A stretch of 64,000 nucleotides of DNA from Macrostomum hystrix (lineage: Eukaryota > Animalia > Platyhelminthes), in contig CATNEN010000039.1 of the NCBI GenBank assembly GCA_950097015.1, forward strand, positions 20,522,001 to 20,586,000, in the 5' to 3' direction. Positions 51,501 through 63,208 of the stretch are shown piece by piece. Position 1 is the first letter of the stretch, and each line of letters begins with the position of its first letter. The notes under the pieces are model-generated. The model ran no database searches, was not told where the DNA came from, and was given only the letters and a program-made list of their open reading frames with translations. A program made the translations under genes and the position numbers.

Positions 51501-54500
51501 AGCATTCTCTCCGCGGCTGCGCCCCAATTAGATTCTTTTAATTTAGAACACGATTAATGCCTTATTGGCTTTATCTATAAAATTCAAACGCTTAGTCTCG
51601 CCTATCGTTGCCTAGGCAACTACACCTGTCAGGCCCAGACGCCATTAGGCTACGAGGAGCGTTCAGCCTACCTGCGTGTGGCCGGCCCGCCAGGCCCGTG
51701 CGCCGGCGTTGAGGTGCCGTCAATCAACAGCACGGTTTTCACCATCAGCTGGCGAGCTGGTACAGATCATCAGAGTCCAATCACTGCCTATCAGCTTGAG
51801 CTTGAGCTAGCCGCTGAGCCTGGTGTCTGGACGCAGCACAGCATTGTGCCAGAGTCGCCAGATATTGTCATTATGGAGTCCGGCCTAGACATGGGCAAAC
51901 GGCAGGCTCCGGTAACCGGGCTGCCATTCTACCAGCAGTACAGGGTTCGAGTCAGCGCCATTAACGCCTACGGAGTTGGCCAGCCTAGTCCGCCTAGCCA
52001 GGTGTTTGTCACGGTGTCTGGTCCGCCCTCTCAGGCGCCGCAAAATGTCACTGGCGGCGGTGGTAAGGTAAGCAAAATAACTCAACTGCCGAGATAGGAG
52101 CTAAGGTGTTTATTTATCATTCATTCTTGGTCGTATGTACAGCCACACATATTCTTCCAATCTCCCGTATAGATCAAGACTCTGGTTGTCCGCTGGAAGA
52201 AAATCCCATTGGCTTATCAGGGCGGCTTCAACTTTACCTACGATGTGCAGTACAGGCGCGTTGGCGACACGGACTGGCTGATTGCTAGCCGGGTTGTTGG
52301 CAAGCCGCTGCTTATACCGCCTGAGCACGTTGAACATGCCATTGTTTTGTCCGGTTCCCCCAGCGATATCAGCTTCAAGGAGTACCAGGCTCAAGTCCGG
52401 GGTGCCAGTGTCCGCGTGGACACCATTAACAATGTGCAAACCATGGTTCGGCTGACTGGCGAATGGTCCGAAATCGTCACGTAAGTTTTACATTTAAGAA
52501 TATTTCTAAGGTTTGACATTATTCATTCTGTGTAGACATGACATCATTCTGTGTAGACATGACATCATTCTGTGTAGACATGACATCATTCTGTGTAAAT
52601 ATGACATCATTCTGTGTAGACATGACATCATTCTGTGTAAATATGGCATCATTCTGTGTAGAAATGACATCATTCTGTGTAGACATTACATCATTCTGTG
52701 TAGACATGACATCATTCTGTGTAGAAATGACATCATTCTGTGTAGACATGACATCATTCTGTTCAGAAATGACATCATTCTGTGTAGACATTACATCATT
52801 CTGTTCAGAAATGACATCATTCTGTGTAGACATGACATCATTCTGTGTAGAAATGACATCATTCTGTGTAGACATGACATCATTCTGTGTAGATATGACA
52901 TCATTCTGTGTAGATATGACATCATTCTGTGTAGAAATGGCATCATTCTGTTTAGACATGACATCATTCTGTGTAGACATGACATCATTCTGTGTAAATA
53001 TGGCATCATTCTGTGTAGATATGACATCATTCTGTGTAGATATGACATTATTATGTGTAGAAATGACATCATTCTGTGTAGATATGACATTATTATATGT
53101 AGACATGACATCATTCTGTGTAAATATGGCATCATTCTGTGTAGAAATGACATCATTCTGTGTAGACATGACATCATTCTGTGTAAATATGGCATCATTC
53201 TGTTCAGAAATGACATCATTCTGTGTAGACATGACATCATTCTGTGTAAATATGACATCATTCTGTGTAGACATGACATCATTCTGTGTAAATATGACAT
53301 CATTCTGTGTAGACATGACATCATTCTGTGTAGACATGACATCATTCTGTGTAAATATGACATCATTCTGTGTAGACATGACATCATTCTGTGTAAATAT
53401 GGCATCATTCTGTGTAGACATGACATCATTCTGTGTAGACATGACATCATTCTGTGTAAATATGGCATCATTCTGTGTAGATATGACATCATTCTGTGTA
53501 GATATGACATTATTATGTGTAGACATGACATCATTCTGTGTAAATATGGCATCATTCTGTGTAGAAATGACATCATTCTGTGTAGATATGACATTATTAT
53601 GTGTAGACATGACATCATTCTGTGTAGATATGACATCATTCTGTGTAGACATTACATCATTCTGTGTAGACATGACATCATTCTGTGTAGACATGACATC
53701 ATTCTGTGTAGACATGACATCATTCTGTGTAGATATGACATCATTCTGTGTAGAAATGGCATCATTCTGTTTAGACATGACATCATTCTGTGTAGACATG
53801 ACATCATTCTGTGTAAATATGGCATCATTCTGTGTAGATATGACATCATTCTGTGTAGATATGACATTATTATGTGTAGACATGACATCATTCTGTGTAG
53901 ATATGACATTATTATGTGTAGACATGACATCATTCTGTGTAAATATGGCATCATTCTGTGTAGAAATGACATCATTCTGTGTAGACATGACATCATTCTG
54001 TGTAAATATGGCATCATTCTGTGTAGAAATGACATCATTCTGTGTAGACATTACATCATTCTGTGTAGACATGACATCATTCTGTGTAGAAATGACATCA
54101 TTCTGTGTAGACATGACATCATTCTGTTCAGAAATGACATCATTCTGTGTAGATATGACATCATTCTGTGTAGACATGACATCATTCTGTTCAGAAATGA
54201 CATCATTCTGTGTAGACATGACATCATTCTGTGTAAATATGACATCATTCTGTGTAGACATGACATCATTCTGTGTAGACATGACATCATTCTGTGTAAA
54301 TATGACATCATTCTGTGTAGACATGACATCATTCTGTGTAAATATGGCATCATTCTGTGTAGACATGACATCATTCTGTGTAGACATGACATCATTCTGT
54401 GTAGACATGACATCATTCTGTGTAAATATGGCATCATTCTGTGTAGATATGACATCATTCTGTGTAGACATGACATCATTCTGTGTAGACATGACATCAT

Positions 54501-56508
54501 TCTGTGTAAATATGGCATCATTCTGTGTAGACATGACATCATTCTGTGTAGACATGACATCATTCTGTGTAAATATGGCATCATTCTGTGTAGAAATGCA
54601 ATCATTCTGTGTAAATATGGCATCATTCTGTGTAGACATGACATCATTCTGTGTAGACATGACATCATTCTGTGTAAATATGGCATCATTCTGTGTAGAA
54701 ATGCAATCATTCTGTGTAAATATGGCATAATTCTGTGTAGACATGACATCATTCTGTGTAGAAATGACATCATTCTGTGTAGACATGACATCATTCTGTG
54801 TAGATATGACATCATTCTGTGTAGACATGACATCATTCTGTGTAAATATGACATCATTCTGTGTAAAAATGACGTCATTCTTTGGGGATAAGACGTCAAT
54901 CTGCATGCTAATCAGAGCAGGTTATTCAGTATTGTCAAGCGCCACCCACCATGGATCCCTGATTTGCAGAATGCGCAGCGCCGAGCAGGTGCCTGTTAGC
55001 GCGCCAATCAACATCCGGGTGACGCCCATGAACGCCACGGCTGTCGACGTCTTCTGGGATCCGCCACTAAACTACGACGGCATTGTTGGCGACATTCTCG
55101 GCTACCGCATTGTCTATTGGCCACGCATGGCTTCGTCTTGCAGCGTTGAAAACAATGTCTACAAGGTAAAGCTAGCCCAGAGGCAGACTACTTACGGAAA
55201 GGCCACCACCGGCCAGGTCATCGGCCTTGAAGCGGACATATTCTATTGCTTCAGCGTCCAGTTATACAATTCGGCCGGCGATAGTCCCGAGTCTTCGTGG
55301 CGCGATGTGGCCACTAATAAGATGTGGCCAACTGACCTGCCAACCAATGTTGTGGTGCACAGCACAGGCGAGTTCAGCAGCATCAGCGTCACTTGGAACG
55401 GTGTTCGTCAGCAGCCCAACGAAGAAAGTGTCGACGGCTATATGGTGAGTGATGATGCGGAATTGCAAACCTTAGCAATTGCTACCCATTTCTGCTGGTT
55501 TTTTAGCACAGCTCGGCAATTTCCATTTGCCCTGGCAAATCAGGCCTCTAGTTGGCAACGTATGCCGAGCGAGCTGGCCAGATGCGGCCGATAAAGCTGC
55601 TAATTCTGACTCACTGCCCTAAAACCCTTTCTCCAGTCTTATTTCTTGTGTCTCATCTCCCCCGTGTCTTATCTCTCCCGTTTCTCATCTCTCCCGTGTC
55701 TCATCTCTCCCGTCTCTCATCTCTCCCTTGTCTCATCTCTTCCCTGTTTCATCTCTCCCGTGTCTTATCTCTCCCGTGTCTCATCTCTCCCGTGTCTCAT
55801 CTCTCCCGTGTCTTATCTCTCCCGTGTCTTATCTCTCCCGTGTCTTATCTCTCCCGTGTCTCATCTCTCCCGTGTCTCATCTCTCCCGTGTCTTATCTCT
55901 CCCGTGTCTCATCTCTCCCGTGTCTTATCTCTCCCGTGTCTCATCTCTCCCGTGTCTTATCTCTCCCGTCTCTCATCTCTCCCGTGTCTTATCTCTCCCG
56001 TGTCTTATCTCTCCCGTGTCTTATCTCTCCCGTGTCTCATCTCCCCCATTTCTCATATCCTCCCTATATCATCTCTTCTCTATCTCATATCCTACCTGTC
56101 TCAACTCTCCTCTGACTCCTCTACTAAATGTGGCAGACAGTTTTTGAAGGTCGCCCACGCTGTCTAATCTCCAACCAGGTGCGGCTCTGGATCACCGGCG
56201 CGCCCGCTGTCAACTTCACCGACGTAGACGCCGGCCTCAGCAATGAGGTGATAGTGCGCCGGCTGTCCAGCGAGACTCGCTACGATCTTCGAGTCTACGC
56301 CTATTCCTCCGGCGGCATCGGCACCTACAGCAGCCCGATGATCCAGTTCATGCTAATCCCCAAGGACCGCTGCGTGCCGGGCGCTTCCTGGGAGGCCCCG
56401 GATGTTCGCTACGTATTCATCTGCTCCGGCTGCGGCCTGCGGGCCTCCATCTGGTCCCTGGCACTGGCTGCCGGCCTGGCTCGACTTATCTGTGCAGCCG
56501 CTCCCTAA
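45526..56508 (+). CDS. Cont: Contactin (C-type lectin, ~6 Ig, 4 FN3, GPI-anchor signal), 10 exons, ~1344 aa
   Basis: Exons 45526-45634, 45715-46099, 46394-46776, 47340-47886, 49493-50129, 50224-50632, 51616-52067, 52173-52480, 54970-55444, 56179-56508, in phase. Signal peptide MWPLLILLASFLS, CTL CPNGWVKYESNCY, Ig DSGxYxC motifs, FN3 with PQNVTGGGGK, hydrophobic C-terminus. Architecture as in Drosophila Contactin. Confidence 0.92.
46185..46365 (-). mobile_element. tRNA-derived SINE, family 2, copy A (contactin intron 2)
   Basis: Reverse complement: TAGCCAAGTGGTTAGAGCGTCTGACTCGCAACTAAAAGGTCCGGGGTTCGATT (A and B boxes), then GTTCACTCAGCTGTTAAATGG core; homologous to 51050-51220. Confidence 0.7.
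46832..47302. repeat. Tandem minisatellite, 19-bp unit CTACTGGCTAGGTGAGATG (~24 copies) in contactin intron 3
   Basis: Visible period 19. Confidence 0.96.
48075..49420. repeat. Tandem minisatellite, 24-bp unit ATAATGACCAGAAATAAGGCGCAT (~55 copies) in contactin intron 4
   Basis: Visible period 24 with a ~119-bp higher-order repeat marked by TACATTGATC variants. Confidence 0.96.
51050..51222 (+). mobile_element. tRNA-derived SINE, family 2, copy B (contactin intron 6)
   Basis: B-box GGGTTCGATTCC, core GTTCACGCAGCTGTTGAATGG, 3' CCCCCAGTCCATGGGTTGAACA matching the reverse complement of 46185-46250. Confidence 0.65.
51232..51530 (-). mobile_element. tRNA-derived SINE, family 1, copy C (5'-truncated)
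   Basis: Homologous to copy A (16780-16950) and copy B. Confidence 0.72.
52515..54890. repeat. Tandem minisatellite, 21-bp unit GACATCATTCTGTGTAGACAT (~112 copies) in contactin intron 8
   Basis: Visible period 21; the 730-795 aa ORFs here are repeat translations. Confidence 0.97.
55541..56162. mobile_element. Degenerate second copy of the satellite-carrying hAT MITE (16-bp array 55632-56050) in contactin intron 9
   Basis: GGCCAGATGCGGCC shared with 22312-22327, the same 16-bp unit TCT(C/T)ATCTCTCCCGTG, and an eroded right TIR AAGGTCGCCCACGCTG. No exact TSD. Confidence 0.7.
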
Positions 56509-57932
56509 TGAACAATGAATTTATTTAATAACCGATTTACTGTTTTTCCGTGTTTTAGGAATTCTACTTTGTATGTTAATAGTGGTTTTTTAAATTACAC
56601 TAGTAAAAATATTAAAGATTCCAAATGCTGTGTACAGCTGTTCAGTCCGTGGACTAGGGAGACCGCACTAGGGGCAAATTAATTATCTTCCTGGGATTCG
56701 AACTCCGAACCTTATTAGATAAAAGTATCAACAATTGTAAGATCGGTTTAATAATATTTATTAGTATTAAAATCATTGCCGGCTATCAATCCTTATCGCC
56801 TATGTGAATGCGTGTTTTTTTACTAACATTCCTTACTCTTGTTTGTGCCATTGTGTCATTTGGTTGGTTCTATGCTTGTTTGTATGTTTTCTATTTACAA
56901 CCAGACTACATTCCGTTAATGTTAAATCTATAGGTTTTTACTTTGTGCATGTTCCATTTCCAATACTTGCTGTTCTCTGTAAGTATATTTTCATTAGTCC
57001 AGGTTTTTTTTAAGACAGGCCTTAAAAAGTCCCTTTCCGCTCTTCTTTATTATAGACTTTATTACCGATTCCCAAATTTTTTCTGATGATGTCTTCGAAG
57101 TTGAGCTGCTCTGTTCAGAGTGACTTTCTTTCAATTTATGGAAACCATATATATATATATATATAATCAACATACGTAAATGCATCTCGGACCATCTAAG
57201 TTGCTGCCGAAATTTTTGCACGATCCTTACTACGTATTACGTAAGCATTCGTTTTCTATTAACTTGTTATGTAATTAATTCCAAAACACGTGTACCCATG
57301 CCACTGAGTAAATTATATAAAAATTATTAACTAAAGGATTCGCCCTTTGTGGCGCATCCATGATTTAACGTAGAATATATTCGGTCGTCGCATTAATGCT
57401 TTCAATAATTATTTACGTGTGTACTGAAATAAATAAAAAGTAATTTTATTAAAAAAACCGCAACTGTAACTCATGCTATAACATAAACATACGCGGGCTA
57501 TGTTTATGTTATTTTTAGGTTTCTAGCTGGATTAAAAAATAGTTGCTAACGTCACAAAGAATGACACGAAAATGTAAGGATGAGCTATTTATTAGCATTG
57601 CCTTACGACGGCCGTTGAAAGCAAGAAATGCAAGACCATGCGACAAACTATAAACGTGTTGTCTCGTTCTTCTTTCATTTAAGTAAAATTTGTATCGAGG
57701 AAGATCGATCAAGGAAATATCTTCAGAATGTTAGATGTGCATGGCGGTGACTTATGTGGTTTTAAATCTGTAAATGTAGTTTTTCGTCGGCATCTGAATT
57801 GTCTAGCGATTTTTCTATATTTACTTAATATACGGTTATTTACGCATTTGGATGGAATAGTGATTGTGATATCAGCTACGGTAGCTAAAACGATCAAGTT
57901 ACAATCGGTTCATCTCTATTCTGCGTCTGCGT

Positions 57933-59854
57933 CTGCCAAGAGCGGCACACCACCAAAGCGGCGAGCGCAACTGTCGGGGTCGACTCCGAGGACGTGAACG
58001 TCGAGCCACAGGCCAAAGCCCCGCACTGCTGGTTGGCGCGGATCTTCCGGGTGGCGCCGGGGACGTGAGGCCCAAAAAGCGCACAAGAGCTCAGGGTTGC
58101 GACGTGGAACAGTATAGGACTCTGCGAGCGAGATGGAGACAACACCTGCTAGCATGCACAGCTCGCTAACGACCTCAAATTAGATATAATATTGCTGCAC
58201 GAGCTTTCCATCACAGCCGAGCCGGGGCTTCATCAAGAGCATCTTGGCGGCAGCTGGCTCCTACAATACACCTCAGCGGATTCAAAAGGCCGAGGAGGAG
58301 TCGGCGCTCTGATCAGCCCCCGGCTACAGCGATGCACACAATGCGAGAGTCTATCACCGCGACTGCTGCGAGTTGACCTGCGTAGGCGCAACGTGCGTCT
58401 GTTCTGCGCCTATGCCCCCACGGCTGCGCATCCGACGGAGCATCGGCAATTCATGGAGCTCCTGTCGGCGCAGCTGGAGGCGGTGGCTCAGCGCGACTCG
58501 GTGCTGGTGCTCGGAGACTTTAACGCTGTAATGCGACAGTCCGAGCGTTTCCGTTTCGTCACACCGCGCGAGTACTACAACACCGACGCACTGGTTGACT
58601 TTGCAGAACGACACGACCTAGTATCGGCAAACACGTTGTTTCGGAAGCCGCTGCAGAGACGCAACTTTTGTTGGCTGCAAGCGTTCACGCCGTAATGCGT
58701 GCGGAAAATTCGCTAAGAGAAGATTCGTCCAGCTGGACCACGTGCTGCTTCGCTGGCGAGAGAGGTGCCGTGTGACTAACTGCGACACGGTGGCTCCGCT
58801 TGCTGTGCGGTCGGATCACAAGCTGCTGTATACTGCGACCTGCGCCTAAAAGATCCGCTTTATCGACCACCGAGACGAAAACCGAAACGCTATTTCCGTG
58901 CCCTGCGCAATCCATCCGTGAGGGGCCCCTTCTGCCAGGCCTTCACTGAGGCGCTAGAAGGGAGACCGGATGCAGCCGCCACAGCCGAATACTCGGACAT
59001 CAGCACCGCCGTCCATGTCGCCGCCACTAAAACACTGCCGCTTGTACAGCCAGCACAAAGCGGTAAGCCTGTGTGGCAGGATGACGAGTTGCTGCGGCAG
59101 GCTCGGCTGAGAGTTGAAAGACTGCGAAAGAGCGGACAGCCGACCGAAGACGCAGAGAAGGCCCTAGCGGAGACCTAATTCAAGTTGCGGCAGTGCGCCG
59201 CAGTGGAGGCTGCCTCGCTGCACGACATTCACCTACCTCGGCGGTCTGGTGCCAAGCGTGCAGGACGACATCGCTCGGCGCAGGGCGCTCGCCTGGGGGG
59301 CGTTTCGCTCCCTGCGAACTGTACTGCAGTGTCCCGCGCTGCCAGACCGGCTGAGGGGGCGTCTGTACCAGGTCGTCATCGAAACTGTGCTCCTGTACAA
59401 CGCCCACACGTGGACCCTGACCAGCTCACAAGAGCGGCAGCTGGATGCCGCGCACGCTGCACTTCTGCGCGCTGCCTTCGGAGTCCACTTCTCGCCGAAC
59501 TCCACGACCAACATCAGCAACGACGAGCTGTACCACCAGGCCCAGCTCTGCCGGCCAAGCCAGCTACTCCGCACACGGCGCTTGCAGCTGGCTGGCCACG
59601 TTATCCGTGCAGAGCAGCGCTGTCCAGAGCCCCTCCAAGATGTGCTGCTGCTTTCCCTGCAAAACCACGGCGGCGCGGCCAGGCGAGGACACAACGTTTC
59701 GTCGACCTGCTGCTGACTGATGCCGGCATCTCCGATCCGACCCTCGCGGACTGATCCTCCTGCGCAGTTCTGCGCTCGCGCGCGCTTTTTGACAGCTTCC
59801 CACTCTTTGGCCTCAACCAGGGTTGCTGTAGTTTGTTGTTGTTGTTGTTGTTGT
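57933..59854 (+). mobile_element. Internally deleted RTE-like non-LTR retrotransposon (APE endonuclease plus RT C-terminus, RT core missing)
   Basis: Frameshifted APE motifs (GGVGALIS, AYAPT, VLGDFNA, LDHVL, SDH); post-RT region FTYLGG..DDIARRRALAWGAF..ETVLLYNAHTWTLT..RRLQLAGHVIR; (TTG)n tail; TSD TGCGTCTGCGT at 57922-57932 and 59855-59865. Confidence 0.88.
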
Positions 59855-59989
59855 TGCGTCTGCGTGATTCACGAAAAAATTCATTGCATTTTGATCGCTT
59901 ATTTCAAATGATGACGCAAACTACTTTATAAAATAATAACATTTTTACTTTATCGAGCTGCTTTTCAATTCATGTGGACTCGCATAAAT

Positions 59990-60230
59990 ATAACTCGAAC
60001 TTAAATTTCACTTAGACTCCAGCCGCACGTGTTAGTAGGCCGCCAATCACTCTAGAGTGTATTTAAATACAAGCTGAGCCAATCAGCGTTCGCGATGGCG
60101 CGCATTTTTTGAGTAACATACATTAAAACAAATACGAATACAGTAAGGTAAAGCAGACGCCATGATGACGCCAAGTACAGTAATAATGCAATAGAGGACT
60201 AATAAAAAATGACGTCGCGAATTTCAGTGT
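59990..60230 (+). promoter_or_regulatory. Putative promoter for RNF121 (CCAAT boxes, YY1-like motifs)
   Basis: GCCAATCAC at about 60042, GAGCCAATCAGC at about 60076, GATGGCG and CGCCATG, in CpG-containing DNA upstream of the CpG-poor zone. Confidence 0.4.
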
Positions 60231-60652
60231 AAATATGTTAAGTTACAGTAAATGCGCACATTCAAATGTGGCAAGAAAGTCGCACTACAAAAATTATTAT
60301 AGCCACGATTGTTGTAGCTGTTAGATATGTACCTTTTCTAAAATGAGAAGAAACGGGAATATATTCTGTTCTACTGTACTGTGTAATTGCAAATTTATAA
60401 TTTTCTATATAAATTCACATTCATCTTGCCCGCAAAATAAGTTTGCCGCTACTGAACTAGACCTACACCTACGGCTAACACACAACTTGGACAGACAAAT
60501 CTTCCGTTAATATGTGGCCTAAAGTTAATAATAATATCATATCAATAGGGCCTACTTCATCTAGCTAGTCCTACCTACAGACAGTCCTACATACTGCACT
60601 GGCCTACCTTTATCTATTTTGATTGGGAATGATAGAATGTATATTGTATAGA

Positions 60653-60809
60653 GGGTACCGATCACTTTGACGACAAGTCACTTCGGCGACAAGTCATTTC
60701 GGCGATGTTCAAAGTGATCAAAACTTGTCGCTGAAGTCAATTCCCCAAAATGACTTGTTGCCAAAATGACTATCGCTGAAGTGATTTGTCGCCTAAGTGA
60801 TTGTAACCC
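60653..60809. mobile_element. 157-bp MULE-type MITE (foldback with short subterminal repeats)
   Basis: TIRs GGGTACCGATCACTTTGACGACAA / TTGTCGCCTAAGTGATTGTAACCC; exact 9-bp TSD TTGTATAGA at 60644-60652 and 60810-60818. Confidence 0.88.
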
Positions 60810-62650
60810 TTGTATAGATAGAAAATAATTTCGTGTAGGCCTAGCTTTAGATCTTAGGGCCTAGTTAATTTTATTAGCTTGGTCTAGGGCTAGGCCTATT
60901 TGCTGCAATAAAAACTAGGGCCTAGCTGTTTTAAATTATATCTAGTCTAGGCTTATATTCCTAATACCTGGCCTAATTAGCCCTACCTACCATCCTAGTG
61001 GACCTATGCTAATGCTAAAGCCTTAGCTGACCCAGTTACACAGACAAAATATTTATTAAATTAGGCCTAACTGTAATGTCATAGGCCCTATGCCTAGCAG
61101 CATGTATCAATGCATGCTACTGCTAAGAACACTGTAAGAACACTCTAAGAACTGCAATACTTACTGATAGGTCTATACTACAGTGCTCCTTGACTACTTT
61201 TTCTGGCATAGTTCTACTTTACTTCGTTATATTATTTCATAATTCTACTTTACTTCATTATATTAATTTCATGTATTTTCTTAATCTTACCACAACCCTT
61301 TCAGCCATTATCCTATCCCAAAACCAAATGGGAATTGAAAGTTGATGGTTGACACAAATAAGATTCAGGAGTAGACCATTTTTTAGAAAAGGATTGGGAA
61401 TATATTAGTCAGAAATGAGATATTCTAAGTCTGCTGAAGCGCAACACATCAATGAACCTGAAATTGATAGAAAGACGGGGTAAAAAAATTTAACGAAAGG
61501 CAGAATAATAGGCCTATAACAAAGTAAACTAGAACTGCCATTTTTCTATCTAGCTAGGTCTGGATGCCATGTATTTTGGTATCAGTGCATTTCCATTGGC
61601 CTACTAAGCATTTTGGTACCAGTTAGGCCTAGTGCTTTTTGGTATAGCTCTGGGATTAGGTACTGCTTTTTAGTACCTTTAGCATTTCTGTGGTTGGCTA
61701 ACTAGTTGCTAGTCTTATTCCATGCATGACATGGTGCTATCTTGGTACATGTGGGTTGACTAAAACCACCACAGAGCAGACACCAAGACTCACAGTTCTG
61801 ACTGGTTCCAAGTATAAGAAACTGAGGCAACATATTTTCTCTTTTAGTAAACATTTGTCCTTTGGGCAATGACTATTGGCTAGGGGCCTATGATTCGATG
61901 TTCTAGAGTAGCCTACAGAGAAATAGGGCTCACACACTATAGCCAATTCACAACACAAAAATGTTTCTTGCCTTAATAGGAAGTATCATAAAACAAAAGT
62001 CAGGGGTATGCCAGCATATAGCTCCAAGCAAATACTCCCTTGTTTTGCTCCACCATCAATGCCCCTAATGAAAATCTATACGTATTAAGTCTGAGGCTTG
62101 AAAATTTAAGGCTAGTACATTTTTTTCATTAGCATTCACCTTTGTATAATCCCTACCCTTATTTCTAACATTTAAGTAATTATATAACCTTTCAGTTTTA
62201 CAATCCCCAATATACATTTTTGTCTTCTAACTGGAGACTGAGTGGATCATTTAACAAAAAAGTAAATATATAGCCCCACTTCTTTGTTTTTTCATCTAGT
62301 GTAGTTTTTGTTCTTAATGTTCTAGCTTTCAGCTGGTATGTTAAAGAATTGAGTTGATGATAGTTTAAATTACACTTGGTGACCTAGAACAACAATTCTG
62401 GATCTACATGTTTTTGTTCATTCCAATTCGGATTGCATAAAAAACAATCATAAAATGAAGCAATGGCCTATTTCATGTTATATGTATATGCTATTAAGAT
62501 ATAAGATATTAATTATATTTATATAAATAAAGAATTAAGAAATTTTGAAACAACTGAATGATTTTTTTTATATGAAAGTCATTAGGCCTATCAAACCATC
62601 ACTTGTCCTAGACCCCTAGCATAGCATAGTTTTCTATAGTAGGTCTAGCC

Positions 62651-62920
62651 TATACATGCGCAACACCCAGCCGAACCGGCCGGGTGAAACGAGGGCCAAG
62701 CAAGGTAAGTCGCAAAAACCAATCGACCAAGAGCAAAAAAACAAAGGGGGGACCAAGGGACAAAAAAGAAGGCGTGAAGAAAAGGAAAAATAGGAGAGAA
62801 AAAGAGAGCAAATGAGAGCAAACTAAGTTGTAAATAGAGCAATGAAATGAACTAAGTCGCAAATGAGAGCAAAAACTAAGTTGCATGGCCGGCTAAGATT
62901 TGGGAGGTTGCGCATGTATG
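62651..62920. mobile_element. 270-bp hAT-type MITE
   Basis: TIRs TATACATGCGCAAC / GTTGCGCATGTATG; exact 8-bp TSD GTCTAGCC at 62643-62650 and 62921-62928. Confidence 0.88.
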
Positions 62921-63208
62921 GTCTAGCCCCTACATCTTATATTCTAATTCATTTGAGATTAGGGCTTAGGCCCATAGCTTTATGTACCAAAGTAAATGTA
63001 AAGGCCATGTATCTAAACATTAAGTTTTAAATTATAGCTAAATGAATTTCATTTGCTCTTAAGTTTTTGCAAGTGTAAACATAATTGTCAATTCCAAGCA
63101 TGCAGTTCTAAAATAGGTACATGGCTTGAACAAGCTATGCCAGCTCTTATGAAAGAATATTTAAATACCATAAATATAAGTTTGTTAATCTCCACCTTTA
63201 CAGACATT

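Noticed and set aside
52513-54906. 730-795 aa ORFs on both strands
   Set aside because: Translations of a 21-bp repeat inside contactin intron 8; the flanking exons splice in phase around it.
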